Part shown: positions 18,136 through 28,220 of the stretch, piece by piece | How positions within the stretch are numbered: position 1 is the first letter of the stretch | How the letters are laid out: each line of letters starts with the position of its first letter | The notes under the pieces: generated by a model | What the model saw: only the letters and a program-made list of their open reading frames with translations | What the model was told of the DNA's origin: nothing | Database searches by the model: none | Assembly: GCA_963662655.2 (NCBI GenBank) | Contig: CAXXTU010000002.1 | Location: forward strand, 1,376,001 to 1,440,000 | Reading direction: 5' to 3' | Length of the DNA: 64,000 bases | Source: Candidatus Cloacimonadales bacterium | GTDB taxonomy: Bacteria > Cloacimonadota > Cloacimonadia > Cloacimonadales > JAIOQZ01 | Program-made: the position numbers and the translations under genes

Positions 18136-18918
18136 ATGAATATTATCGTATCAATCAAACAGGTCCCGGATACTACCGATATCCGCATCGATCCTGTAAC
18201 CAACACGCTCATTCGCGAGGGTGTTGAAAGTATCATCAATCCTTTCGACCTCTATGCGATTGAAGAGGCTGTCCGCCTCAAGGAAGAATACGGCGGTAAG
18301 GTAACCGCGATCAGCATGGGGCCTCCCCAGGTTGAAAGCGCTCTCCGCGACGCCGTAGCGCTCGGCGTAGACGAGATCATTCTCATCACCGACCGCGCCT
18401 TTGCAGGTGCGGACACGTGGGCCACGAGCCTCACGCTCGCCGCGGCGATCAGAAAGCTCGGTGAATTCGATCTGGTGATGATGGGGCAACAGGCCATCGA
18501 CGGCGATACCGCACAGGTCGGGCCCGGCGTTGCAACGCATCTGGACCTGCCGCAGACCTGCTTCGTGCGCAAGATCGAGAAGGTCGAGAAAGACAGCATG
18601 ACTTGCCAGCGACTCATGGAAGACGGGTACGACATCGTCAAGATGCCTCTTCCGGCGATCGTCACGGTGGTGAAAGAGATCAACGAACCGCGCCTGCCTT
18701 CCCTTCGCGGAAAGCGCAACGCTCGCAACGCCCAACTGATTTCCTGGAAGCTGGATGATCTGGGACTCGACGCGAACGATGTCGGTTTGAACGGTTCTCC
18801 CACGCAGGTTGTGCGCATCTTCTCCCCATCGCACGAGAAGAACGGCGAGAAGTACGATGTCGAACCCGAGGAAGCCGCCGAGATTCTCTTCAAGCGATTG
18901 AAGGAACTACAACATTAA
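18136..18918 (+). CDS. etfB: Electron transfer flavoprotein beta subunit
   Basis: IKQVPDT, INPFD, MGPPQ, FAGADTWAT, GQQAIDGDTAQVGP, INEPRLPS. Confidence 0.95.
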   Translation: MNIIVSIKQVPDTTDIRIDPVTNTLIREGVESIINPFDLYAIEEAVRLKEEYGGKVTAISMGPPQVESALRDAVALGVDEIILITDRAFAGADTWATSLTLAAAIRKLGEFDLVMMGQQAIDGDTAQVGPGVATHLDLPQTCFVRKIEKVEKDSMTCQRLMEDGYDIVKMPLPAIVTVVKEINEPRLPSLRGKRNARNAQLISWKLDDLGLDANDVGLNGSPTQVVRIFSPSHEKNGEKYDVEPEEAAEILFKRLKELQH

Positions 18919-18981
18919 TCGATTAGATGAAGAGGGCTGCCTTGTGCGTCCTCTTTTCTTTTTAAGGCAGGATTGTTTGCA

Positions 18982-19959
18982 ATGTATGTTCACGATATGA
19001 ATCCCGTAGCGCTACGCTTGGGGCCGCTGAGTATCCACTGGTACGCGATCATGTACATCGCGGCCATTGGCATCGGCTATTTCTTCGTGCGGTTGAACTT
19101 CAGGCTCCGCGGCGTGGAGATGGACAAAGAGCGCTACGAATCCCTCATCTTCAATATCATGATCGGCGTGCTCGTCGGTGGCAGGCTGGGGTATGTCCTC
19201 TTCTACAATCTGCCGTATTATCTGCATCACCCGTTGGAGATCGTCTTACCATTCGACATCGCAAACGGCTGGCAATTCACCGGCATTCGTGGGATGTCGT
19301 TCCATGGCGGCGCGCTGGGCGTTATCATCTTCGGCTGGTTCTTCTGCCGGAAACACGGCTATCGCTTCTACCAGATCGCCGACCCCGTCATGCCAATAGT
19401 CGCAATCGGGCTGGGGCTCGGACGTTTGGGGAATTTCATCAACGGCGAGCTGTACGGGCGCATAACCGCCTCGAAGCTGGGCGTCCTCTTTCCAGATGCC
19501 GAACGCCTTCCGCTGAGCAATCCATCCGTGCAGAACGTGATCCGCAAACTCGGCTGGAAGATCAACGAGGCCACCATGATGATCACCAGCGGCGATGGAA
19601 AACACCTGAGGGGAATGCTTGGCAGAACCCTCGACGACAACAATATGCTCCAACTCGCGGTGAACCTGCCGCGGCACACATCGCCACTGTACGAAGCGAT
19701 TCTGGAGGGACTTCTTCTCAGCGTGATCCTCTTTCTCCTGCTGATGAAAGCCCGCAGGGAGGGAATCGTATTCTGGAGCTTCATCGGGCTGTACGGGATT
19801 TTCCGCTTCGCGGTCGAGTACGTTCGTCAACCGGATGCGCACCTTGGCTTCTTGTGGTTTCATCTAACCATGGGACAACTTCTCAGCTCCGTGATGATCA
19901 TCACATCCATCATCGCACTAACGATACTATGCTTGAGAAAATCGTCACACTCATCCTGA
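18982..19959 (+). CDS. lgt: Prolipoprotein diacylglyceryl transferase
   Basis: IHWY, GGRLGYVLFY, GMSFHGG, GRLGNFINGELYGR, LYEA.LEG, RF.VE..RQPD. Confidence 0.96.
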   Translation: MYVHDMNPVALRLGPLSIHWYAIMYIAAIGIGYFFVRLNFRLRGVEMDKERYESLIFNIMIGVLVGGRLGYVLFYNLPYYLHHPLEIVLPFDIANGWQFTGIRGMSFHGGALGVIIFGWFFCRKHGYRFYQIADPVMPIVAIGLGLGRLGNFINGELYGRITASKLGVLFPDAERLPLSNPSVQNVIRKLGWKINEATMMITSGDGKHLRGMLGRTLDDNNMLQLAVNLPRHTSPLYEAILEGLLLSVILFLLLMKARREGIVFWSFIGLYGIFRFAVEYVRQPDAHLGFLWFHLTMGQLLSSVMIITSIIALTILCLRKSSHSS

Positions 19960-20576
19960 TCGCCGGTGTTCTCGCCGGATGCGCGACATCGCAACGACCG
20001 ATCGCTACGGAGGATTGCCTCATCGAGCGTGCCGATCAGTGGGACATGTATCGCATCGACGGCGTCATCGAGCTCAATCACGACCAGCTCTCCTTCCGCA
20101 AGAATATCGTTATCCGCAAAACGCCGGAGCGCTTTCGCATCGACATCTTCGATACCGGCCTCTTCGGCGCAAAGCCTACCCCCTTTCTCACCGTCTATCG
20201 CGAGGACGAGATTCTCATTCGCGACACCGAAGGCACTCGCACCGCCGATCCGCTTACCGACTCGCTCTACATACAGTGGGCCGGGCAGCTCTCAACACTC
20301 GCGGATGTAATCCGCCAGAACTATCATGAGATTCTGCACAACTGGAAGCTGGAAGAATACGGGCTCGTTTACGATTTCTCTTACAACTACCAGCTCGAAT
20401 CGATAACCAGCACCGATGGCAACCGAATGCTGGAATTCGAGTACGCTGACGACGACCGCCTGAGCCGCATTCGCTATCGCGAAAACGGTATGATTGTCAT
20501 CGATATTATCATTGACAAAATGAGCTTCGATCCGTTACGGGTTAATGAGCTAAACAATACGAATCAGAGGAAATAG
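19929..20576 (+). CDS. Lipoprotein, possibly LolB/LolA-like fold
   Basis: Lipobox LAGC; beta-rich sequence; overlaps the end of lgt. Confidence 0.6.
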   Translation: MLEKIVTLILIAGVLAGCATSQRPIATEDCLIERADQWDMYRIDGVIELNHDQLSFRKNIVIRKTPERFRIDIFDTGLFGAKPTPFLTVYREDEILIRDTEGTRTADPLTDSLYIQWAGQLSTLADVIRQNYHEILHNWKLEEYGLVYDFSYNYQLESITSTDGNRMLEFEYADDDRLSRIRYRENGMIVIDIIIDKMSFDPLRVNELNNTNQRK

Positions 20577-21869
20577 ATGATTGAACGTTATACTCGTCCC
20601 GAGATGGGACGTATCTGGACAATAGAAAACCGGTACCGCACCTGGCTGGATGTCGAACTCGCAGTTTGCCAGGCCATGAACAAGGTCGGGATGATCCCCG
20701 ACGACGACTGGAAAACCATTCAGGAAAAAGCCGATTTCGACCCTGAACGCATTCTCGAGATCGAAGCCACCACCAAGCACGATGTGATCGCCTTCCTCAC
20801 CAATGTCAACGAGTACGTGGGAGAGGCCGGCAGGTGGATTCATCTGGGCATGACATCCTCCGACGTGCTGGACACAGCGAGCGCGCTGCAACTCAAGCAG
20901 GCCGGCGAGCTGATCCTCAGCGACCTCTACAAGCTTTCGGAAGTGCTGAAAATGAAGGCTCGCGAGTACCGCGAAACACTCTGCGTGGGACGCTCGCACG
21001 GCATCCACGCCGAGCCGATCGTTTTCGGCCTCAAGTTCGCGCTGTGGTTCGATGAGACCAACCGCAACATCCGCCGTATGGAGCAGGCAATCAAGACCGT
21101 ATCCGTGGGCCAGATTTCCGGCGCTGTCGGCAACTACGCCTACATCGATCCCGAGATCGAGGAACTCGCATGCGAAATCATGGAGCTGGAGCCAGTCAAC
21201 ATCTCCACGCAGGTTATCCAGCGTGACCGCCATGCCGAATTCCTGAGCACCCTGGCCATCATTGCCGCAACCATCGAGAAAATCGCTCTCGAGATACGCC
21301 ACCTCCAGCGCACGGAAGTGCTGGAAGCGGAAGAGAACTTTACCCGCGGCCAGAAAGGCTCGTCCGCCATGCCGCATAAACGCAATCCCATCGTGAGCGA
21401 GCAACTCTGCGGTCTCTCCCGCCTCATTCGCACCAACGCGCTCGCCGCCATGGAGAACGTCGCGCTCTGGCACGAAAGGGACATCAGTCATTCCTCCGTG
21501 GAACGGGTGATCTTCCCCGATTCGACCATCCTGATCGACTACATGCTGAACAAGACGATAAACCTGGTGGACAACCTCGTCGTTTATCCCGACAACATGA
21601 TGCGAAACCTGGAACTCACCGGAGGTCTGGTCTTTTCGCAACCACTGCTCCTGACGGTGACCAAGCGTTGCGGCTCCCGCGAAAAAGCCTACGCGATGGT
21701 TCAGAAAAGCGCGATGAAATGCTGGGACACCAAGGTTCCGCTTCGGCAGCTCGTCGAAAGCGATCCGGAGATCATGGAGTTCCTCACGGAGGATGACCTC
21801 GACGAGGCTTTCTCCTACGATCGCTACACTCGCAACGTGAAAACCATCTACGCGAGGGTGGGGCTGTGA
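20577..21869 (+). CDS. purB: Adenylosuccinate lyase
   Basis: MIERY, TKHDVIAF, TSSDVLDT, GRSHGIHAEP, GSSAMPHKRNP, WHERDISHSS. Confidence 0.97.
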   Translation: MIERYTRPEMGRIWTIENRYRTWLDVELAVCQAMNKVGMIPDDDWKTIQEKADFDPERILEIEATTKHDVIAFLTNVNEYVGEAGRWIHLGMTSSDVLDTASALQLKQAGELILSDLYKLSEVLKMKAREYRETLCVGRSHGIHAEPIVFGLKFALWFDETNRNIRRMEQAIKTVSVGQISGAVGNYAYIDPEIEELACEIMELEPVNISTQVIQRDRHAEFLSTLAIIAATIEKIALEIRHLQRTEVLEAEENFTRGQKGSSAMPHKRNPIVSEQLCGLSRLIRTNALAAMENVALWHERDISHSSVERVIFPDSTILIDYMLNKTINLVDNLVVYPDNMMRNLELTGGLVFSQPLLLTVTKRCGSREKAYAMVQKSAMKCWDTKVPLRQLVESDPEIMEFLTEDDLDEAFSYDRYTRNVKTIYARVGL

Positions 21870-22444
21870 ACTACCGCCTGGAGGATTTCACCCCCACATC
21901 CATGCTCATGAAAGTGCAGGGGATCAAGTACAAGGCAGCGATATTCCCCGTTGCCCTCGTGCTGCTCGGATTTTTGGTCTACTCGTATTTCCAGAACGAT
22001 TACGTGAAATTCACCTCCATGCTGGGCTTGTTCATCTATCTCGGCATCATTTACATCCATCGCGTGTATCGACCCATGCCACCGCAGGAACATGGCATCT
22101 GCCTCTCCCCGGTTCATGGAACCGTCACGCTGATCGAAGCGAATAAAATCACCATCGAGAAGAAATTCTTCAACTACATCGACCTGCGAATTCCGGTGGA
22201 AGGTATGGAATTGCTTGCCGAGAATCCCATGATCTTCGCCTTCGAGGGGCAGGGGATCACTTGCGAGATTACGGGGAATCGCCTGAAAAACTTCCACGAT
22301 GAAACAAAATCCCAGGGGAGAATAGCTGGCGTCGCCGTTGGAAAATGCACGGCGACCATCACCCTGCCAGAGGGCTGGAAGGTCGAAGCGGAACCCGGCG
22401 AGAAAGTAATTGCTGGCGAATCCGTTATCGGGGGCAGGATTTGA
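21866..22444 (+). CDS. Degenerate phosphatidylserine decarboxylase-like protein
   Basis: Two TM helices, SPVHGTV, C-terminal LP.G..V...GEKV.AGESVI; upstream of pssA; the FGS cleavage motif is absent. Confidence 0.65.
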   Translation: MNYRLEDFTPTSMLMKVQGIKYKAAIFPVALVLLGFLVYSYFQNDYVKFTSMLGLFIYLGIIYIHRVYRPMPPQEHGICLSPVHGTVTLIEANKITIEKKFFNYIDLRIPVEGMELLAENPMIFAFEGQGITCEITGNRLKNFHDETKSQGRIAGVAVGKCTATITLPEGWKVEAEPGEKVIAGESVIGGRI

Positions 22445-23142
22445 GACTCAAGAATCTGATTCCCAATATTATCACGACATGCAGTCTGGTCTTGTCGCTC
22501 AGCGCACTGCACCTGATCACGCAAGGTCATTTCACCACGGCCTCGTGGCTCATCTTGCTGGCGATCCTGTGCGACGGCATCGACGGCAAACTCGCTCGCG
22601 CCCTCAACGCAACAAGCAGCTTCGGCGCGGAGTACGACAGTCTGGTGGATTTCGTATCCTTCGGCGTCGTTCCGGGCTACCTGTTTTACCGGATCGGACT
22701 TGACAAGCTCGGGATCGTCGGAGCGATCGCGTGTTTCTTCTACGTTATATGCGGAGCGTATCGACTCGTTCGCTACAATCTGAAGAACCCGGGCGACGGC
22801 AAGAAAGGTCACTTCGAGGGGCTTCCCATTCCAGCGGCGGCTGGATTCATCTCGTCCATGACGCTGTTCGAGGAGCGCTTCAGCGCATTCCACTTCCCCG
22901 AGGGATACCTGGTGGTCATCCTTCCGGCGATCGCCCTGCTGATGATCAGCCATATCGAATTCATCAATATCGGTTCGCCCAACGGAACAGCTCCCTATAA
23001 AAGCCCGAAACTATATATCGCCTTCGCACTGGTCGTAACGGGAATATTCTACCCGTACATCATCTACATGACGGTCATGGCGCTGTACATTTTCTATTGC
23101 ATTATACGGTACATCATCATCAACATAATAAAAGGAAGTTAA
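22441..23142 (+). CDS. pssA: CDP-diacylglycerol--serine O-phosphatidyltransferase
   Basis: IPNIIT, DGIDG.LAR.L...S.FG.EYDSLVD.VSFGV.P, RL.RYN, F.GLPIP. Confidence 0.92.
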   Translation: MRLKNLIPNIITTCSLVLSLSALHLITQGHFTTASWLILLAILCDGIDGKLARALNATSSFGAEYDSLVDFVSFGVVPGYLFYRIGLDKLGIVGAIACFFYVICGAYRLVRYNLKNPGDGKKGHFEGLPIPAAAGFISSMTLFEERFSAFHFPEGYLVVILPAIALLMISHIEFINIGSPNGTAPYKSPKLYIAFALVVTGIFYPYIIYMTVMALYIFYCIIRYIIINIIKGS

Positions 23143-23143
23143 A

Positions 23144-23395
23144 ATGTATCTGGCAAAGGTATATGTAACATTGAAACCAAGTGTCCTCGATCCGCAGGGT
23201 AAGGTTGTGAAGCAAACCGTCAACAACCTCGGCTACGACAAAATCACCGACGTCCGTGTCAGCAAGTATATCGAGATCAAGCTGGACGTTTCTTCGCAAG
23301 AGGAAGCCGAAGCGGAGATCGAGGCCATTTGCGACAAGATTCTGGCGAATCCGAATACCGAAACCTATCGCTACGAAATCGGGAAGCTCTCATGA
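23144..23395 (+). CDS. purS: FGAM synthase subunit PurS
   Basis: V.LKPSVLDPQG, ILANPN.E.Y. Confidence 0.95.
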   Translation: MYLAKVYVTLKPSVLDPQGKVVKQTVNNLGYDKITDVRVSKYIEIKLDVSSQEEAEAEIEAICDKILANPNTETYRYEIGKLS

Positions 23396-24081
23396 TCAAG
23401 TACGCCGTAATCCAATTCCCCGGCTCGAACTGCGATCACGACAGCCTCTGGATACCGCGTCTTCGCGGTCAGAGATCGAGCATGATCTGGCACAAGAATC
23501 ACGACCTCGGTTCCCCCGACGTCGTGATTCTTCCCGGCGGTTTTTCCTATGGCGACTACCTGAGAGCCGGCGTCATCGCCAAGTTCTCGCCGATCATTCA
23601 GGAAGTGGCGAAATTCGCGGACAAGGGCGGCATCGTCATCGGTATTTGCAACGGATTCCAGGTTCTCACCGAAACCGGCATGCTCCCGGGCGCACTCATG
23701 ATGAACCAATCGCTGAAGTTCATCTGTAAGCATCAGCACATACGCTGCGAGAAGGCGGGAACGCCTTTCACCAATCAATTGCGGGAGAAGCAAGTGCTGG
23801 ATATTCCCATCGCGCACAAGGAAGGCAACTACTTCATCGATGCCGATGGGCTCAAACGCTTGCAGGACAACAGCCAGATCATCTTCCGCTATTGCGATGC
23901 CGAGGGCAACATCACCCCGGAAGCGAACCCGAACGGCTCGCTGTACAACATTGCCGGTATCAGCAACGAAAAGGGGAACATTCTGGGCATGATGCCCCAC
24001 CCCGAACGCGCTGCCGAGGACGTTGTTACAAGCCATGACGGCACTGGTATCTTCGATTCGATCGAAGCCTGGCTGGGCTGA
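23392..24081 (+). CDS. purQ: FGAM synthase glutaminase subunit PurQ
   Basis: FPGSNCD, PGGFSYGDYLR, GICNGFQ, NPNGS, GMMPHPER. Confidence 0.96.
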   Translation: MIKYAVIQFPGSNCDHDSLWIPRLRGQRSSMIWHKNHDLGSPDVVILPGGFSYGDYLRAGVIAKFSPIIQEVAKFADKGGIVIGICNGFQVLTETGMLPGALMMNQSLKFICKHQHIRCEKAGTPFTNQLREKQVLDIPIAHKEGNYFIDADGLKRLQDNSQIIFRYCDAEGNITPEANPNGSLYNIAGISNEKGNILGMMPHPERAAEDVVTSHDGTGIFDSIEAWLG

Positions 24082-24769
24082 TCTTCTCTCGCTGATCTTC
24101 CCGCGAACCTGTCTGGGTTGCGGTGAGAGGATCGTCAATGGCTGGCTTTGCGACGAATGCTACGAGCATCTTGAGACCGAATCGGGCACGCTTTGCGCCA
24201 AGTGCGGATCGAAGCTGGCCGGGGACGGTACCTGCTCGCACTGCCGGGAGATGCGGTATCGCTTCGACGGAGCAGCGTCCGTGTTTCCGTTCGACAACAC
24301 GATGCGAAACCTGATCCACGCGCTGAAGTACGACGGCCTTTACTCGATCTCGGACTGCCTGATCGAGAAATCGGTGGAGTTCCTGATGCACTACCGTCCC
24401 TTAGAGATGCGCATCGACGTGGTCTCGCCCATTCCGTTGCATCGAGTTCGGAGAAGGCACCGCGGCTACAACCAGGCAGAGCGCTACGCTAAGGCCGTCG
24501 CGAAGGCGATGGGCTGGCAGTATCGCCCGAAGCTACTCGAACGAAGCCGCTACACGATGACGCAGACAAGTCTGAATCGCTCGGAGCGAAAAGAGAATCT
24601 CTCACAGGCGTTTGTCGCTCGCGAGGATGTGACGGGGAAAACGGTGTTACTGGTCGACGATGTGTTTACATCGGGCTCAACCGCGAGTTCCGCAGCCGGC
24701 GTTTTGAAGGACGCTGGCGCGAAAATTGTCAATGTTCTGACAATCGCTCGAGCGTGTTGGGATAATTAA
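24023..24769 (+). CDS. comF: ComF family protein (zinc ribbon plus PRTase-like domain)
   Basis: CxxC pairs, LKY, PIPLH..R...RGYNQ, LLVDDVFTSGST; start uncertain. Confidence 0.88.
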   Translation: MLQAMTALVSSIRSKPGWADLLSLIFPRTCLGCGERIVNGWLCDECYEHLETESGTLCAKCGSKLAGDGTCSHCREMRYRFDGAASVFPFDNTMRNLIHALKYDGLYSISDCLIEKSVEFLMHYRPLEMRIDVVSPIPLHRVRRRHRGYNQAERYAKAVAKAMGWQYRPKLLERSRYTMTQTSLNRSERKENLSQAFVAREDVTGKTVLLVDDVFTSGSTASSAAGVLKDAGAKIVNVLTIARACWDN

Positions 24770-24799
24770 TTATTCTGCTTGACATTACAAAGGATTGAA

Positions 24800-25162
24800 A
24801 TGATTGTTGAAATTTCTCAGGAAGAAGCGAACGAGCTTACGGATCGAATCGCCAAGTTCCTTGTTGAAAGGAAGATGGCTGCACCAGCGATCATGGGAAT
24901 CGAATCCCTGAAGCCGTTAAATTTTCTCGGAAGCCAGGTAATGTATTTTGTGGGGCCATTCGCCGAGTTGATCTTCAACGCGGACGAGTACCAGAGATTT
25001 GCCGCGCTCATCGAGAAAGACGAGTACATCGAGATGCTGCTGAAGAAAATCGAGCGGCTGGATCACGAGATGTACTGGGAAGAACGCGAACAAGCTCGTG
25101 TCATGCGTAAACGGCGCATGAACCGGATCAAGAAGTTTTTCAAAAAAATTTTTAGTAAATAG
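24800..25162 (+). CDS. Hypothetical protein
   Basis: AAGGA RBS; ORF ends just before the GlmL-like gene; ESLKPL..LGSQ...F..PF motif. Confidence 0.75.
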   Translation: MIVEISQEEANELTDRIAKFLVERKMAAPAIMGIESLKPLNFLGSQVMYFVGPFAELIFNADEYQRFAALIEKDEYIEMLLKKIERLDHEMYWEEREQARVMRKRRMNRIKKFFKKIFSK

Positions 25163-25174
25163 ATGGAGGTTCCT

Positions 25175-27067
25175 ATGGCAAACGAGCAATTACGTAGAAT
25201 TGTTGCCACGGACTGCGGAAGTACGACGACCAAAGCCATTCTGATCGAATTTGTCGATGGCGAATATCGTCAGACTGTTCGCGGCGAAGCACCGACAACG
25301 GTTGAAGCGCCGCTCAACGATGTGACCAAAGGGGTCATCAATTCCGTGCAGGAGTTGGAAGAACTTGCCCAGCTCAAGTACAACAACAAGAACATCAAGT
25401 TTATCGAGAACGAGCAAATCATCATCCCTCGCAACGGCGATATCGGCGTGGACGCGTATGTTTCGACCAGTAGCGCCGGCGGCGGGCTTCAGATGATGGT
25501 TACCGGTGTTGTAGCCCGTATGACGGGGGAAAGCGCCGAACGCGCCGCTCTTGGCGCTGGTGCGATCGTGATGGATCTTATTGCCAGTAACGATCAGCGC
25601 GCAAACTATGAAAAGATCGAGCGCATTCGTCACCTGCGCCCGGACATGATCCTCATGGCCGGCGGTGTGGATGGCGGAACAACCAAGCACGTCGCCGAGC
25701 TCGCAGAGCTCGTAGCAGCTGCCGATCCCAAGCCTCGCCTGGGATCGAGCTACAAGCTTCCGGTTATCTACGCCGGTAACAAGGACGCTCAGGACATTAT
25801 AAAGGAAACCTTGGCCGACAAGAGCGATCTCATAATCACCGAGAACATACGCCCCACTCTCGAAGTGGAAAACCTCGGGCCGGCTCGCGACAAGATCCAT
25901 GACCTTTTCATGGAACACGTTATGCAACAGGCTCCGGGATACAACAAGCTGATGCAGTGGACGCGCGGTCCACTCAACGGTAAACTGCAGAGCATCCCCA
26001 TCATGCCAACTCCGGCCGCTGTGGGTAACATCATGCAGACCATCGCCCGTAACGAAGGCATCGAGGTGCTTGGTGTGGACATCGGCGGCGCAACCACCGA
26101 CGTTTTCTCCGTGTTCAAGGACAAGGACGTAAAAGAAGGCGAACCGCCGAAATACATATTCAACCGTACCGTCAGCGCGAACCTCGGAATGAGCTACTCG
26201 ATCTCCAACGTGCTGGCATCCGCCGGTCTGGACAACATCCTTCGCTGGGTACCGCTCGACATCGACGAATCCGAGCTTCGTAACATGATCAAGAACAAGA
26301 TGATCCGCCCCACCACGATTCCGCAGAAGCTGGAAGAGCTGGTGCTGGAGCAGGCCATCGCGAAGGAAGCGCTTCGTCTGGCATTCGTGCAGCATAAAGA
26401 ATTCGCCGTGACCCTCAAGGGTACCCAGAAGCAGCGCGAAATCTCGGAAGCATTCAGCCAGACGACATCCGGCGAAACCATCGTCGACATGATGTCGCTC
26501 GATCTGCTGGTTGGTTCCGGCGGTGTTGCGTCTCATGCGCCTCGCAGGCACCAGACCGTGCTCATGCTCATCGACGCTTTCCTGCCCGAAGGCATTACGC
26601 GTCTCGGCGTGGACAGTATCTTCATGATGCCGCACCTTGGCGTTCTCGCGGAAATCAGCGAGAAAGCCGCAACCGAAGTGTTTGATAAAGACTGTATGAT
26701 CTACCTCGGAACTTGCGTAGCCCCAGTCGGACCATTCAAGAGCAAGGGCCCGGCGCTCACGGCTGAGATCGAACTTTCGAACGGTGAGAAATTCACAGAA
26801 GAGATTCCCTTCGGCGAGATGCGCTTGATTCCTTGTGGAATCGGCGAAACTGCCAAGGCAAAGCTCAGACCGGGTAGAGGACTCGATCTGGGAGCCGGGA
26901 AGAACCAGGAAATAGAAACAACCCTCTGGGGCGGCGTCGTGGGCATCGTGCTGGATACACGCGGTCGTAATCCATTCGTCTTGCCGCCGGATCATGCCGA
27001 ACGTCGTAAACTTTTGAAGAAATGGATGAGCGAACTCAAAGTTTATCCTGAACCAATACTGAAATAG
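25175..27067 (+). CDS. GlmL/MutL-family (glutamate mutase L-like) ASKHA ATPase
   Basis: TDCGSTTTKA, APTTV, SSAGGGL, AALGAGA, RPDMILMAGGVDGG, IYAGN, MPTP.AV, VDIGGATTDVFS, RTV. Confidence 0.88.
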   Translation: MANEQLRRIVATDCGSTTTKAILIEFVDGEYRQTVRGEAPTTVEAPLNDVTKGVINSVQELEELAQLKYNNKNIKFIENEQIIIPRNGDIGVDAYVSTSSAGGGLQMMVTGVVARMTGESAERAALGAGAIVMDLIASNDQRANYEKIERIRHLRPDMILMAGGVDGGTTKHVAELAELVAAADPKPRLGSSYKLPVIYAGNKDAQDIIKETLADKSDLIITENIRPTLEVENLGPARDKIHDLFMEHVMQQAPGYNKLMQWTRGPLNGKLQSIPIMPTPAAVGNIMQTIARNEGIEVLGVDIGGATTDVFSVFKDKDVKEGEPPKYIFNRTVSANLGMSYSISNVLASAGLDNILRWVPLDIDESELRNMIKNKMIRPTTIPQKLEELVLEQAIAKEALRLAFVQHKEFAVTLKGTQKQREISEAFSQTTSGETIVDMMSLDLLVGSGGVASHAPRRHQTVLMLIDAFLPEGITRLGVDSIFMMPHLGVLAEISEKAATEVFDKDCMIYLGTCVAPVGPFKSKGPALTAEIELSNGEKFTEEIPFGEMRLIPCGIGETAKAKLRPGRGLDLGAGKNQEIETTLWGGVVGIVLDTRGRNPFVLPPDHAERRKLLKKWMSELKVYPEPILK

Positions 27068-27077
27068 GGAGGATCGT

Positions 27078-28202
27078 ATGGGAAAATCATTTTCGCAAGG
27101 ACTTGCTGTATCTGAAAACACCATCGTACGTAAAGAACGTATCCTTCCCCTCAAAGGCGAAGTGAAAGTCAAGAAAGGCGACAAGGTTTCCGCTGAAGAC
27201 ATCGTTGCGGTAACGATGCTTCCTGGAAAGGTTGTGCCGATCAATCTCGCGAACAAGCTTGGCGTCACGGCCGATCTCGTTACGCGATTCATCAAGGTGC
27301 AAGAGGGTGACAAGATCAAGCAGGGGCAGATTCTCGCTCAGACAAACGGTTTCCTTGGCATGTTCAAGTCGACCGTCCGCTCACCCACCGAAGGCGAGGT
27401 ACAGAACATATCCCGCCACACCGGTCAGATTCTCCTCAACGAGCCGCGCATCCCGGTCGAAGTGAGGGCTTTCATCGACGGCTACGTGGTTGAGGTGATC
27501 CCGGAGCAGGGCGTAGTTATCGAGAACAAGTCATCTTACATACAAGGTATTTTCGGTATCGGCGGAGAGATCAACGCTGAGATCGATGTGATCGCAGAAG
27601 CTGCCGACGAAGTCGTGACAGCCGACAAGATCAACGACAATCACAAAGGCAAGATCATCGTTACCGGTGAAATGCTTCACTACGACGCGATCATGAAAGC
27701 CAAGAAGGTTGGCGTATCCGGCATCATCACCGGCGGTATTCACGATCAAGATCTGAAGAAGCTTCTCGGCTACGATATCGGCGTTGCGATTACCGGCCAT
27801 GAAGAAGTCGGACTCACCATCGTTGTTACCGAAGGTTTTGGCCCGATCAAGATGGCGAACAAGACGTTCAATCTGCTCAAATCGTTCCAGGGCAAGAAAG
27901 TGTCCATGCACGGTTTCACGCAGATTCGCGCCGGCGTTATCCGTCCGGAAATCATCAAACCGATTGATTTCAAGGAAGACGAACTCATCGATCAGGAAGC
28001 CGAGCTTCCGATGATCGAGGTCGGCAAGGTGATCCGCGTGATCCGACAGCCGAACTTCGGAAAGATCGGTAAGGTCGTTGGAATGCCGGAAGAACTGACG
28101 AAAGTCGAGTCGGAGACGCTGGTTCGCGTTCTGGAAGCAGAGCTAGAAACAGGCGAAAAAGTGCTGATTCCCCGTGCAAACGTGGAGATCATCTCCGACT
28201 GA
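27078..28202 (+). CDS. Hypothetical protein with barrel-sandwich-hybrid-like repeats, a swivel-like domain and a C-terminal KOW-like motif
   Basis: GEVKVKKGDKV, VQEGDKIKQGQILA, VRSPTEGEV; A.K.GV.GIITGG; VG..IRVIR.P.FG.IG.V; GGAGG RBS. Confidence 0.8.
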   Translation: MGKSFSQGLAVSENTIVRKERILPLKGEVKVKKGDKVSAEDIVAVTMLPGKVVPINLANKLGVTADLVTRFIKVQEGDKIKQGQILAQTNGFLGMFKSTVRSPTEGEVQNISRHTGQILLNEPRIPVEVRAFIDGYVVEVIPEQGVVIENKSSYIQGIFGIGGEINAEIDVIAEAADEVVTADKINDNHKGKIIVTGEMLHYDAIMKAKKVGVSGIITGGIHDQDLKKLLGYDIGVAITGHEEVGLTIVVTEGFGPIKMANKTFNLLKSFQGKKVSMHGFTQIRAGVIRPEIIKPIDFKEDELIDQEAELPMIEVGKVIRVIRQPNFGKIGKVVGMPEELTKVESETLVRVLEAELETGEKVLIPRANVEIISD

Positions 28203-28220
28203 TCGATAGATGTTCCTTTC

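Noticed and set aside
25190..27319. 709-aa antisense ORF over the GlmL-like gene
   Set aside because: Shadow frame produced by biased codon usage of the sense gene; no motifs or RBS
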